DNA of 64,000 nt, taken from the NCBI GenBank assembly GCA_903825435.1, contig CAIKAP010000081.1, positions 13,118 through 77,117 of the forward strand. The letters run 5' to 3'. Numbering within the stretch: the first letter of the stretch is position 1; every line of letters begins with the position of its first letter. The translations under genes were made by a program, and so were the position numbers. Positions 23,668-31,985 of the stretch are shown here, in pieces. The DNA comes from an uncultured Verrucomicrobiota bacterium. Its GTDB lineage: Bacteria > Verrucomicrobiota > Verrucomicrobiia > Palsa-1439. The notes under the pieces were generated by a model. That model searched no databases and was not told the DNA's origin. It saw only the letters and a program-made list of their open reading frames with translations.

Positions 23668-23729
23668 CTGGCGGCAGTTGCAGTTACCGTCCTCTCTTTG
23701 TTGTAGATGCTTGCCTCCCGATGTGGCTT

Positions 23730-24683
23730 CTAAAGTGAGCAAAGCCAGCGCGTCAAAGAGGCGATTTGGCCTTCGTCGGTAAGGTTGGCAGCATTTTCAA
23801 TCTTACCGGATTGAAGCTGCGACCAGATTTCTTTTGCCATTTTCGTTTCGATGGCCGCGCCAATGAAGAACGTGTGGGGTTTCTGTTTGTGCTTGGCGAA
23901 CGATGTTTGGATGCGATCCAGAGCGGTGCGGGCGGTCTTCCAGTGTTCGTCCGCACCGGCAGGGTCAATGCCGCCTTTCAATTCGCCGAGTGCGATGTAG
24001 GCTGCGGCGTTGCCGTATACCTGCCGGCACAGGGCTTCGGGGGCGGAGTTGAAAAGCGACAGATCAACGTTGTTGCGAAATAACGGCACCGTCAGGTTGT
24101 AGATCAAGGTTCTGGTCTTACCATTGATCTGCCAACTCAGGCCGCGGACGTGGAGTTCTATGTCGGCGTCATCTTCTGGCGTGTCCGACCAGACGTTGCT
24201 CTCACCGTGCAACCACCGGTAGCCGTTGCCCGCTAATTTGAGGTGCGCGATGATCGAGCGCGTAAGTTTGCACTGTGCCATGAAACCGCCAGCATTTCGC
24301 ATTGAGCCGCCCAACGTATCGCCGCGTGTGAGCAAGAATCGGAAGACAAGTTCCTCAACAAAATTCATACCGGCTGGTTCGAGAAAATTCGCGATTAGCT
24401 CTTCGACGGCTTTGCGCTTGTCGGCCTTTTGTAGGTGGTTCGCAGCCTTGTCGGAAATGCCGGCTGCCGTTACCAGTCCGGATTGGATTGCTGGAATCTT
24501 CAGGAGGTCAGACGGTCGCTGTGCTTGAGATGCAGCAGCCTTCAAGGCACGCGCCTGAACCACATAGGGAGTCGCTCGGCGGTTCTTCTCCAATGCGAGC
24601 GCGACAAAGCCGGCACGAACGGCTTCATAGGTGGTTTCAAGATCAGCCGCAGACTTCAGGTGGGAGCGATAGGGTTTGTTCAT
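23730..24683 (-). CDS. putative Type II restriction endonuclease (partner of adjacent methyltransferase)
   Basis: 317 aa, no recognised family; tail-to-head with the MTase 3 bp away; reduced GC; assignment is by context. Confidence 0.45.
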   Translation of the reverse strand: MNKPYRSHLKSAADLETTYEAVRAGFVALALEKNRRATPYVVQARALKAAASQAQRPSDLLKIPAIQSGLVTAAGISDKAANHLQKADKRKAVEELIANFLEPAGMNFVEELVFRFLLTRGDTLGGSMRNAGGFMAQCKLTRSIIAHLKLAGNGYRWLHGESNVWSDTPEDDADIELHVRGLSWQINGKTRTLIYNLTVPLFRNNVDLSLFNSAPEALCRQVYGNAAAYIALGELKGGIDPAGADEHWKTARTALDRIQTSFAKHKQKPHTFFIGAAIETKMAKEIWSQLQSGKIENAANLTDEGQIASLTRWLCSL

Positions 24684-24686
24684 GGT

Positions 24687-26276
24687 TCAACGTTTCCGCC
24701 AGACGTACACGCATTTTCGCAGCGGGTCGCGTCCGTGTGCGCCCATTTGTTGGCTGCTGTTTCCTTTTCCGTTTGGCAAAACCAAAATGCTTTCGATGTT
24801 GAAGCCGAGTTGTGCGGCCATTTCCGAGAGAATAAGGTCCACCGCAATGCTCGCACCGGCATAGCGCACGTTGTCATTGACCATGATAAGCGGCGCGCCA
24901 CGTTTCAACACGCGGACACTCTCGGCAATGACACAGGCCATTTCGTAGAAGTACCCTCGCACCATACGAGGAATGCCGGTATTGTTCAGCAGGTCGAGTT
25001 CTCGCTGAGAATCCAGATACCGCAGGATGCGTTGAAGCAGGGGGAGTTCGTTTGCCACGGCCAGAGCGTGTTTCCACTTTGGATTGAGTGCAAGCATGTC
25101 CTTCTCACGGTTCTCGACGGTGCAACTTAACATAGCCTGTCGCAGTTTAACCAAGCCAGCCTCGTCCACGCCGAGCAACGCAAGTTCCAACGCGTATGTG
25201 CGGGTGTAGTCGTAGCGGTTGCAGTAGGGCGGCGATGTGAGAATACAGTCGTAAGCAGCAGCTTTGAACGTCGGCATGATCTCCAAACAAGAACCGCTGT
25301 GCAAAACCACGTCGGCGCGCGAGTGTGTCGTGAAAAACAAGTCTTCGGGAATTGTTGCTGCTCCGAGATCGTCAACGATCTCGCCGAGTTTGCCTTTGAT
25401 GGCTTCATCGAAAGGTTGAATCCGTCCTTTGTCGAAGATCTTCTTCCCGATACGACGACCGGAACGATAATCCCATCGCAGATACTGCCCATCCTTGCGC
25501 GTAAAACCGACCGACTCAAGAACGCAAAGCAATGCGAACCGTAGAATCGCCTTCACAACGTCGTTCTCATGCTCGGAAGCGGCCAAGTATCTCCCGATGG
25601 CTTTGACTGTCGCCGGTGGGTACGCCCCCTTCGTGATGCGTAGTTCGTTAATCGAACGGCATTCCTTGGAGTGTTGCCACGGTTGCCGAACCTTCCATCG
25701 TGTGAGCGTTTCGATGTCTGGAGGACGGAACTCCAAATCAATCATCTGCTTGGTTTCGATGATGGTCTGCCCGATTGGCAGAAGTTCGATTCCTTCCGCT
25801 TTCATTCCCATCGCGCCAGCCGCAAACAAGGCCGTGCCACTCCCTGCAAATGGATCGAGCAGGACGCCGGAGGACAAATGGAAACGATTCAGAAAATGCT
25901 CAACCAGTCCGGCGGAAAACGCTTCCTTGTATTTGTACCACCGGTAAACGGCGCGGCTTTTGTTCGCCTGAAAGCTCACGAGCGAGCGCGTCAGTTCGTT
26001 GGCGACAACGATCTTGTGTCGCCAACGACGCTCCAAATCAGAACTTAAGGCGTCAATCTCCCGCAGTGCCGGGGAATCCACAACCTCGCCGTTCTTGGGC
26101 TCGCGCGCATCATCTAAAACGGCCGGAGACGCCAGCGCAAAAGATACAGACTGCACCTTCCTTGGCGGCTGTTCCATCGTTTGGGTGCCGAGCGTTTCCT
26201 CACGCACACGGGGTGTGCGGCGCTTCTTCGGCAAATACGTGACTTGTTTCCTCGGCATCAGCGCGGAGTATGCCAA
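24687..26276 (-). CDS. alpha-class DNA methyltransferase (N4-cytosine or N6-adenine; motif I ... TRD ... SPPY)
   Basis: motif I LLDPFAGSGT about 280 aa before motif IV ILTSPPYCNRYDYT; true start may be internal (MEQPP). Confidence 0.75.
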   Translation of the reverse strand: MAYSALMPRKQVTYLPKKRRTPRVREETLGTQTMEQPPRKVQSVSFALASPAVLDDAREPKNGEVVDSPALREIDALSSDLERRWRHKIVVANELTRSLVSFQANKSRAVYRWYKYKEAFSAGLVEHFLNRFHLSSGVLLDPFAGSGTALFAAGAMGMKAEGIELLPIGQTIIETKQMIDLEFRPPDIETLTRWKVRQPWQHSKECRSINELRITKGAYPPATVKAIGRYLAASEHENDVVKAILRFALLCVLESVGFTRKDGQYLRWDYRSGRRIGKKIFDKGRIQPFDEAIKGKLGEIVDDLGAATIPEDLFFTTHSRADVVLHSGSCLEIMPTFKAAAYDCILTSPPYCNRYDYTRTYALELALLGVDEAGLVKLRQAMLSCTVENREKDMLALNPKWKHALAVANELPLLQRILRYLDSQRELDLLNNTGIPRMVRGYFYEMACVIAESVRVLKRGAPLIMVNDNVRYAGASIAVDLILSEMAAQLGFNIESILVLPNGKGNSSQQMGAHGRDPLRKCVYVWRKR

Positions 26277-26304
26277 CGCGGGCCGGTTGGCGCAAGCTTG
26301 CGTT

Positions 26305-26327
26305 ATGTTCCGGTTTTGTTCCGGCTG
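26305..26327 (+). repeat. GTTCCGG direct-repeat element (ATGTTCCGGTTTTGTTCCGGCTG); opens 15-codon uORF 26305-26352 (MFRFCSGCFLAFGLR)
   Basis: between MTase start and kdpD ATG (26371); uORF stop TAA at 26350-26352. Confidence 0.8.
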
Positions 26328-26370
26328 CTTTCTTGCGTTCGGACTTCGTTAAGTACATACTCCCGTCACC

Positions 26371-29025
26371 ATGACCGAGCCGCAACGACCGGATCCGGAC
26401 AAGCTGTTGGCGTCGCTCCAGCGCGCGGAGGCGAAACGTCAGCGGGGACGGCTGAAGATTTTCTTCGGCATGTGTCCGGGTGTCGGCAAAACCTACGCGA
26501 TGCTGGAGAGCGCGCGCCGGTTGGTGGCGCAGCGCGAGGATGTCGTGGTCGGGCTGGTCGAGACGCACGGCCGGACGGAGACGGCGGCGTTGCTGGAAGG
26601 TCTGACTATCGCACCACGCAAGAAAATTCCCTATCGCGGCGTGACGCTGGAGGAAATGGATCTCGACTGGATTCTCCAGCGACGTCCGCAGGTCGCAGTC
26701 GTGGACGAACTGGCTCACACGAACGCGCCGGGTTCGCGTCACGTGAAGCGGTACCAAGACGTACTCGAATTGCTGGATGCCGGGATTGATGTGTTGACGA
26801 CGTTGAATGTCCAGCACATCGCCAGCCGGGCGGACACGGTGCGGCAGATTTCGGGCGTGGCGGTGCACGAGACGGTGCCGGACACGGTGTTCGAGGCGGC
26901 GGATGAGATCGAGCTGGTGGATTTGTCGGTCGAGGATTTGCGGAAGCGGCTGGAGGAGGGGAAGGTTTATCTCGGCGAGCGCGCGATGACGGCGGCGGAG
27001 AATTTCTTCCGGGAAGGCAACCTGAGCGCGCTGCGCGAAATGTCGTTGCGGCTGACGGCCGAGCGCGTGGACCAACAGGTGCGCGAGTCGCGCGAGGACC
27101 AGCAGGTTGCGGAAGTCTGGAAGGCAGGCGAACGGTTGATGGTCGCGGTGAGCAGCAGCCCGGCGTCGGCGCGGTTGATCCGGTGGACGCGACGGATGGC
27201 GTTTGCGTTGAAGGCGCCGTGGCTGGCGGTGTGTGTGAAGCCGACGCGCAAGCTGACGGAGGACGCCGAGCGGCAGTTGACGAGCAACCTCGAAGTGGCG
27301 CGCGAACTCGGCGCGGAAGTCGTGATGACCAGCGGCGACGATATCGTCGAGGCGCTGTTGCGCGTGGCGCGCGAGCACAACGTCACGCAGATTGTCGTCG
27401 GCCAATCCGGACAACATCCGCTTATCGAGATGTTGCGTGGCGGCATCGTGAACCGGCTGACGCGGCTGGCGGGCGACATTGACGTGTACGTCGTGCGCTC
27501 GGAAAGCGGGCAACAACGGTGGCGGTGGCGTCTGCCCGAGCCGTCGTTGCGGTCGCCGCCGCGCGAGTACGCGATCAGCGCGGCGACGGTGGCGGGGTTG
27601 ACGCTGGTGAACTGGTTTATCGCGCCGGTGGCGGGTTACCAGGCGGTGGCGTTGTTCTATCTGCTGGCAATCGTGGTGCTGGCGCTGGCGCTCGGACGCG
27701 GTCCGGTGATGCTGGCGGCGCTGTTGGGCGCGCTATTGTGGGATTACCTGTTCATCCCGCCGTTGTTTACGTTCTACATCTCGAAGTTTTCCGACATCAC
27801 GATGTTGGCGGCGTACTTCGTCGTGGCGCTGGTGACCGGCCACCTGACGTCGCGGCTGCGCGCGCAACAGATCGCGGAGCGGCGCCGCGAAGAGCGCGCG
27901 ACGGCGTTGTACGAGCTGGCGCGCGACGTGGCGGGCGCGGCAAATCTCAGCGAGGTGATCGGCTTGGCGTCGCGGCAGGTGGGGGCGTTGTTCGGTTGCG
28001 ATCTGGCGGTGTTGTTGCCCACGGCCAACGGCCTCGCCGCGCACGCGGCCGGCAGCGCGATGGTGGACGAGAAGGAGCGTGGCGTGGCGCAATGGGCGCT
28101 CGATCACCGGCAGACGGCGGGCCGGTTCACGGACACGCTGCCGTCGTCGCGCGGGATGTACGTGCCGTTGCGGGCGGCGAGCGGCTGCGTCGGCGTGATG
28201 GGCGTGTTGTCGCGCGAGGAGCGGGAGTTGACGCTGGAGCAGCGGGATTTGCTGGAGACGTTCGCGTCGCAGATCGCGATGGTGATCGAACGGGAACGGT
28301 TGCAGACGGAGGCGCACGGCGCGGAGGTGCTGTCGCAAGCGGAGCAATTGCACCGGACGTTGTTGAACTCGGTGTCGCACGAGTTGCGGATTCCAATCGC
28401 CGCTGTGCTGGCGGCGGCGGAAGGCTTGGAGAAACGGGTCGCGCCGACGGAGAATTCGCTCGTCGGCGAAATCCGCGAGGCGGCGCTGCGATTGAACGCG
28501 CTCGTGCGAAACCTGCTGGACATGGCGCGGCTGGAGTCGGGGATGTTGAAGCCGAAGATGGAATGGTTCGAGGTCGGCGAACTGGTCAACGCGGTCGTGG
28601 AGGAACATTTCAAATTGTTCGAGCATCACGAGCTGTCGTTGTCGCTGCCGGACGGGCTGCCGTTGGTGTACGGCGATTTTGGATTGCTGCAACAAGCGCT
28701 CGGTAACCTGCTCCAGAACGCGCGCCGCTACACGCCTTCCGGCACCGAGATCAAAATCTCGGCGGCGGTGGACGAGCGGGAGTTGTTGTTGAGCGTCGCC
28801 GACAACGGTCCCGGCTTCGGCGTGGACAATCCGGAAATGTTGTTCCAGAAATTCCAGCGCGGCGCGGGCGCGGCGCCGGGCGGAGCGGGGCTTGGTCTGT
28901 CGATTGTAAAAGGTTTTGTCGAAGCGCACGGCGGGCGCGTCGAGGCGCGCAATCGCGACGACGGCGGTGCGCAGGTGACGATCCGGTTGCCGCTGCCGCA
29001 ACAACCGAAGGAGCTGGCGACATGA
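26371..29025 (+). CDS. kdpD: KdpD sensor histidine kinase
   Basis: N-terminal KdpD domain (KIFFGMCPGVGKTYAML), Usp-like domain, 4 TM, HisKA (LNSVSHELRIPI) and HATPase (GLGLSIV) regions. Confidence 0.9.
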   Translation: MTEPQRPDPDKLLASLQRAEAKRQRGRLKIFFGMCPGVGKTYAMLESARRLVAQREDVVVGLVETHGRTETAALLEGLTIAPRKKIPYRGVTLEEMDLDWILQRRPQVAVVDELAHTNAPGSRHVKRYQDVLELLDAGIDVLTTLNVQHIASRADTVRQISGVAVHETVPDTVFEAADEIELVDLSVEDLRKRLEEGKVYLGERAMTAAENFFREGNLSALREMSLRLTAERVDQQVRESREDQQVAEVWKAGERLMVAVSSSPASARLIRWTRRMAFALKAPWLAVCVKPTRKLTEDAERQLTSNLEVARELGAEVVMTSGDDIVEALLRVAREHNVTQIVVGQSGQHPLIEMLRGGIVNRLTRLAGDIDVYVVRSESGQQRWRWRLPEPSLRSPPREYAISAATVAGLTLVNWFIAPVAGYQAVALFYLLAIVVLALALGRGPVMLAALLGALLWDYLFIPPLFTFYISKFSDITMLAAYFVVALVTGHLTSRLRAQQIAERRREERATALYELARDVAGAANLSEVIGLASRQVGALFGCDLAVLLPTANGLAAHAAGSAMVDEKERGVAQWALDHRQTAGRFTDTLPSSRGMYVPLRAASGCVGVMGVLSREERELTLEQRDLLETFASQIAMVIERERLQTEAHGAEVLSQAEQLHRTLLNSVSHELRIPIAAVLAAAEGLEKRVAPTENSLVGEIREAALRLNALVRNLLDMARLESGMLKPKMEWFEVGELVNAVVEEHFKLFEHHELSLSLPDGLPLVYGDFGLLQQALGNLLQNARRYTPSGTEIKISAAVDERELLLSVADNGPGFGVDNPEMLFQKFQRGAGAAPGGAGLGLSIVKGFVEAHGGRVEARNRDDGGAQVTIRLPLPQQPKELAT

Positions 29026-29693
29026 GTCCGGTGGCGTTGATCATCGAGGACGAAATCCAGATGCGGCGCCTGTTGCGCGTCGGCCTGGAAGGCGCGGGCT
29101 ACAAAGTCGGCGAGGCGTCGGACGGCCAGCAGGGATTGCAGGAGATCGTGTACCAGCGACCCGACGTGGTGCTGCTCGATTTGGGATTGCCCGACATGGA
29201 CGGCGTCGAGGTGCTGAAACGGTTGCGCGAGTGGTCGCATGTGCCGGTGGTGGTGTTGACAGTGCGCGAGGACGAACACGACAAGGTCCGTGCGCTCGAC
29301 GCGGGCGCGGACGATTACCTGACGAAACCGTTCAGCACGGCGGAACTGCTGGCGCGGTTGCGGGCCGTGCAACGGCGCGCGCCCGAGGCGCAGGAGGAAC
29401 CGGTGTTTGTGTGCGGTGATCTCACGATGGATTTCGTCGCGCGAACGGTGGCGGTGAAGGGCAGGGAGGTGCATCTGACGGCGACGGAGTATTCGCTATT
29501 GCACGAACTGGTTCGCCACGCAGGTAAGGTGGTGACGCACAAACAACTGTTGCGCGCCGTCTGGGGACCGCAGGCCGAGACGCAGTCGCAGTACCTGCGC
29601 GTCTACATCACGCACGTGCGCCAGAAGTTGGAGTCCGCGGGCCGTCTGATCCGCAACGAGCCTGGTGTCGGCTACAGGTTGCTCACCGGCTAG
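29022..29693 (+). CDS. kdpE: KdpE OmpR-family response regulator
   Basis: receiver domain (VLLDLGLPDMDG) + winged-helix C-terminus; overlaps kdpD stop. Confidence 0.9.
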   Translation: MSPVALIIEDEIQMRRLLRVGLEGAGYKVGEASDGQQGLQEIVYQRPDVVLLDLGLPDMDGVEVLKRLREWSHVPVVVLTVREDEHDKVRALDAGADDYLTKPFSTAELLARLRAVQRRAPEAQEEPVFVCGDLTMDFVARTVAVKGREVHLTATEYSLLHELVRHAGKVVTHKQLLRAVWGPQAETQSQYLRVYITHVRQKLESAGRLIRNEPGVGYRLLTG

Positions 29694-29726
29694 ACACGGA
29701 TTGGTACCAGAAACCGGTAAAAACGC

Positions 29727-29792
29727 AGCCGGAACAAAACCGGAACATGACGCCGGTGCAGTCAACTAACCAGCGTGGTCAATTCCCGACAC
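29727..29792. repeat. right copy of 68-bp composite repeat (GTTCCGG element rc + TAACCAGCGTGGTCAATTCCCGACAC)
   Basis: about 91% identical to 18383-18450, same orientation, 34 bp after kdpE stop; no sigma-54 promoter or gene follows it. Confidence 0.75.
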
Positions 29793-29817
29793 TGCGTCGC
29801 ACCGCGTTGGCGAAACT

Positions 29818-30837
29818 TTAGCTTTGGCCGCTTTCTGCCTGCCGTGTAATCGCCGGTAACTGAAGCCTCTCGATTCGTTGCATGCCGAGAGGTTGGGGAC
29901 TTCCACCCGCCAGTACGCGACCGACGTTTTCTTGAATTGATACGACATCCCACTGAATGGTTTGATAGATCACATAGCGATCCTGCCACACATGCACGTG
30001 GTCGCGCATTTCCTTGACAAGAAGCTTTCTCGCTTTGTCGGACTGTTGAATCGCTTCTTCAAGCGGGACTTTGTAGGTCGGACTTGTGATGTAATTCAAC
30101 ATCTGTGTTGCCACGCGGTTCTTTTCTTCACCGTCCAGCTTCGCCTTGGTCATTTCGACGATGTGAGCGCGGCAAAGATGCGCGAGGGGCACAACTCCGA
30201 GTGGTGCAACGATCAGGACGTTGCCTTCACGCCCCAAACCGGTAAACCCCTTCTTGATACCCGTCGTGATTAGAATCGCGAAGTGAGCCTCACGAATTCG
30301 CTTTGCCTCCGCTGTTTGGTGAATGTGTGACGGCAAAATGCTGGGTGTTCGTTTGCACTCGTAGATAATCACACCAGCCTGACGCCCTTGAAAGATGACA
30401 GCATGGAGAATATCCCCTCCCTTGCCCTTGTGCTCGATTCGATCCTGAGGAAACTCCTTCTGTAGGCGTCTGCACAGTGTATCTTCAAACTCCAAGCCTT
30501 CTGTTTGCGGCGTCGTCCCTTTGGCCAATTGCGCGATGCGCGCATTCGCAATCTCCAACTTCTTCTGTAGTCCAGCCGTCAACCGTTCCTGCCGCTTTCT
30601 CTCCACCAGTGCTCCCTTCTTTTGCCCGTCTGCGTCTGCCTCTTTTAATCGTTGGCGTGTTTGGGAGAGTTGCTTCTTCAAGGAACTCGTGGCTTGTTGT
30701 GCCTGATGCAGCAGGCGATTGGCCTTCTCAATGTCTGCCTTCTGAGCCTTCTCCCTCTCGGCCTGAATATGCAGAACCGCTTCGTACTTGCCCTTCGCTA
30801 ACGTGCTTCCACAGAGCGGACACTTGTATGTCTTCAT
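29818..30837 (-). CDS. DUF2130-family protein (N-terminal zinc ribbon, coiled coil, C-terminal PD-(D/E)XK-like nuclease core)
   Basis: start MKTYKCPLCGS (GAGGAG RBS; ATG at 30835-30837); coiled-coil middle; D...ECK motif (GGDILHAV...IIYECKR); GC about 50%. Confidence 0.65.
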   Translation of the reverse strand: MKTYKCPLCGSTLAKGKYEAVLHIQAEREKAQKADIEKANRLLHQAQQATSSLKKQLSQTRQRLKEADADGQKKGALVERKRQERLTAGLQKKLEIANARIAQLAKGTTPQTEGLEFEDTLCRRLQKEFPQDRIEHKGKGGDILHAVIFQGRQAGVIIYECKRTPSILPSHIHQTAEAKRIREAHFAILITTGIKKGFTGLGREGNVLIVAPLGVVPLAHLCRAHIVEMTKAKLDGEEKNRVATQMLNYITSPTYKVPLEEAIQQSDKARKLLVKEMRDHVHVWQDRYVIYQTIQWDVVSIQENVGRVLAGGSPQPLGMQRIERLQLPAITRQAESGQS

Positions 30838-31112
30838 AGTCTCCTCGTGTAAGAAGGTTGCGACCGCTGGAGCGGTCTTGACCAATCAAAACCACTTCTG
30901 GCGAACGCTTTTGACGGGACTCGTGAATAGTCCGGAGATTTACTCCTGACACCGAACACTCGTCGGTGTTCCGGCAACACCGTATCTGCTGGCGTTTGTA
31001 GCAGTGTGGGCGCTTGAGCATTCTGTCCAGCGGCTTCTTCCTTCGTTTTCATTCCGCCACTTTATGCGAGGACATGGCAGCATAAAACAGACACGCGGTC
31101 TGAGGGGATGTC

Positions 31113-31883
31113 CTATTTTTTTGAGCGCGGCCGGCCGCGTTTTTTGAAGTGCAATCCGATTCGCCGACAGAGTTGCTGTACCATTTGCTGGTCTGCGAGT
31201 TCCAGTTCCGGTGTCTTGCCGCGCATTGAGGGAATGCGCGCCGTAAGCCAATGATACAACTCAGTCGTGCTACCGAGTGCTGAGACTTCCCACCAGTTTT
31301 CAAGCAGCGCCGAATAGATCGGTAAAGCGGTCGTGTGTCTGGCCGGCCTGCCCTGATCATCTAGAAGCTTAACGTGCAGTCCGCGAGCAAAGCCATCAAA
31401 CCACGCAATCGCGTGTTGGAAGGAAAAGAACTTCGCAGAGCCTATGCGCTGTTTGAGCGATTCAATCTGTTCTTCGTCCCTGAATAGTTTGTGTTCCTCT
31501 GTTGGGTGAAACTCTGAAGCCATCAAACAACCAGCATAAAAGCCTTCTTTTCGGCTCAAACTTTCTGGTGTCGCGTCATCTTCAATCTCCCATTTCGGCA
31601 ATGGAAACATCGCTTGGATTCTTTGACGAACAGTGACGACCCATTCAGGAACTGTTCGCTCCGACCAGAAGAGAAGCTCTTCCAACTCCTTTGGAACACA
31701 GTTTTCTCGTTTTATGTCCTCAAGAATGTCGTTCGGGAACATCGAGCGGATCATGGCGGACATCCATCGCACCAAGTAAAGCAAGCCCTCTATTTCGCGC
31801 GGGGGTCGTACCCCACGCCGCTTACAGTCCTCCGCAATCTCAATAACCTTGCGGAGTGCATCTTTGCTGGTGTCGTCCGACAT
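31113..31883 (-). CDS. hypothetical protein (no recognisable domain), co-oriented with the DUF2130 gene
   Basis: 256 aa, low GC, no TM; a GC-rich hairpin and stop codon lie at its 3' end. Confidence 0.5.
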   Translation of the reverse strand: MSDDTSKDALRKVIEIAEDCKRRGVRPPREIEGLLYLVRWMSAMIRSMFPNDILEDIKRENCVPKELEELLFWSERTVPEWVVTVRQRIQAMFPLPKWEIEDDATPESLSRKEGFYAGCLMASEFHPTEEHKLFRDEEQIESLKQRIGSAKFFSFQHAIAWFDGFARGLHVKLLDDQGRPARHTTALPIYSALLENWWEVSALGSTTELYHWLTARIPSMRGKTPELELADQQMVQQLCRRIGLHFKKRGRPRSKK

Positions 31884-31916
31884 GCAAGCATCCTACCTGT
31901 CATGTCGCCGGCACGC

Positions 31917-31985
31917 AAGCTGGAGTCCGCGAGCCGCCTGATCCGCAACGAGCCGGGCATCGGCTACCGGCTGTTGGCGGACTAA
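31917..31985 (+). pseudogene. orphan 3' fragment of an OmpR-family response-regulator gene (kdpE-like tail KLESASRLIRNEPGIGYRLLAD*)
   Basis: about 80% nucleotide and 18/22 amino-acid identity to the kdpE 3' end at 29625-29693; no receiver domain upstream. Confidence 0.7.

Noticed and set aside
31121-31145. GAGCGCGGCCGGCCGCG hairpin followed by TTTTTT on the plus strand
   Set aside because: It lies inside the 3' end of the minus-strand 256-aa gene, where it encodes ...RGRPRSKK. No plus-strand gene ends nearby, so it is at most an incidental or bidirectional terminator.
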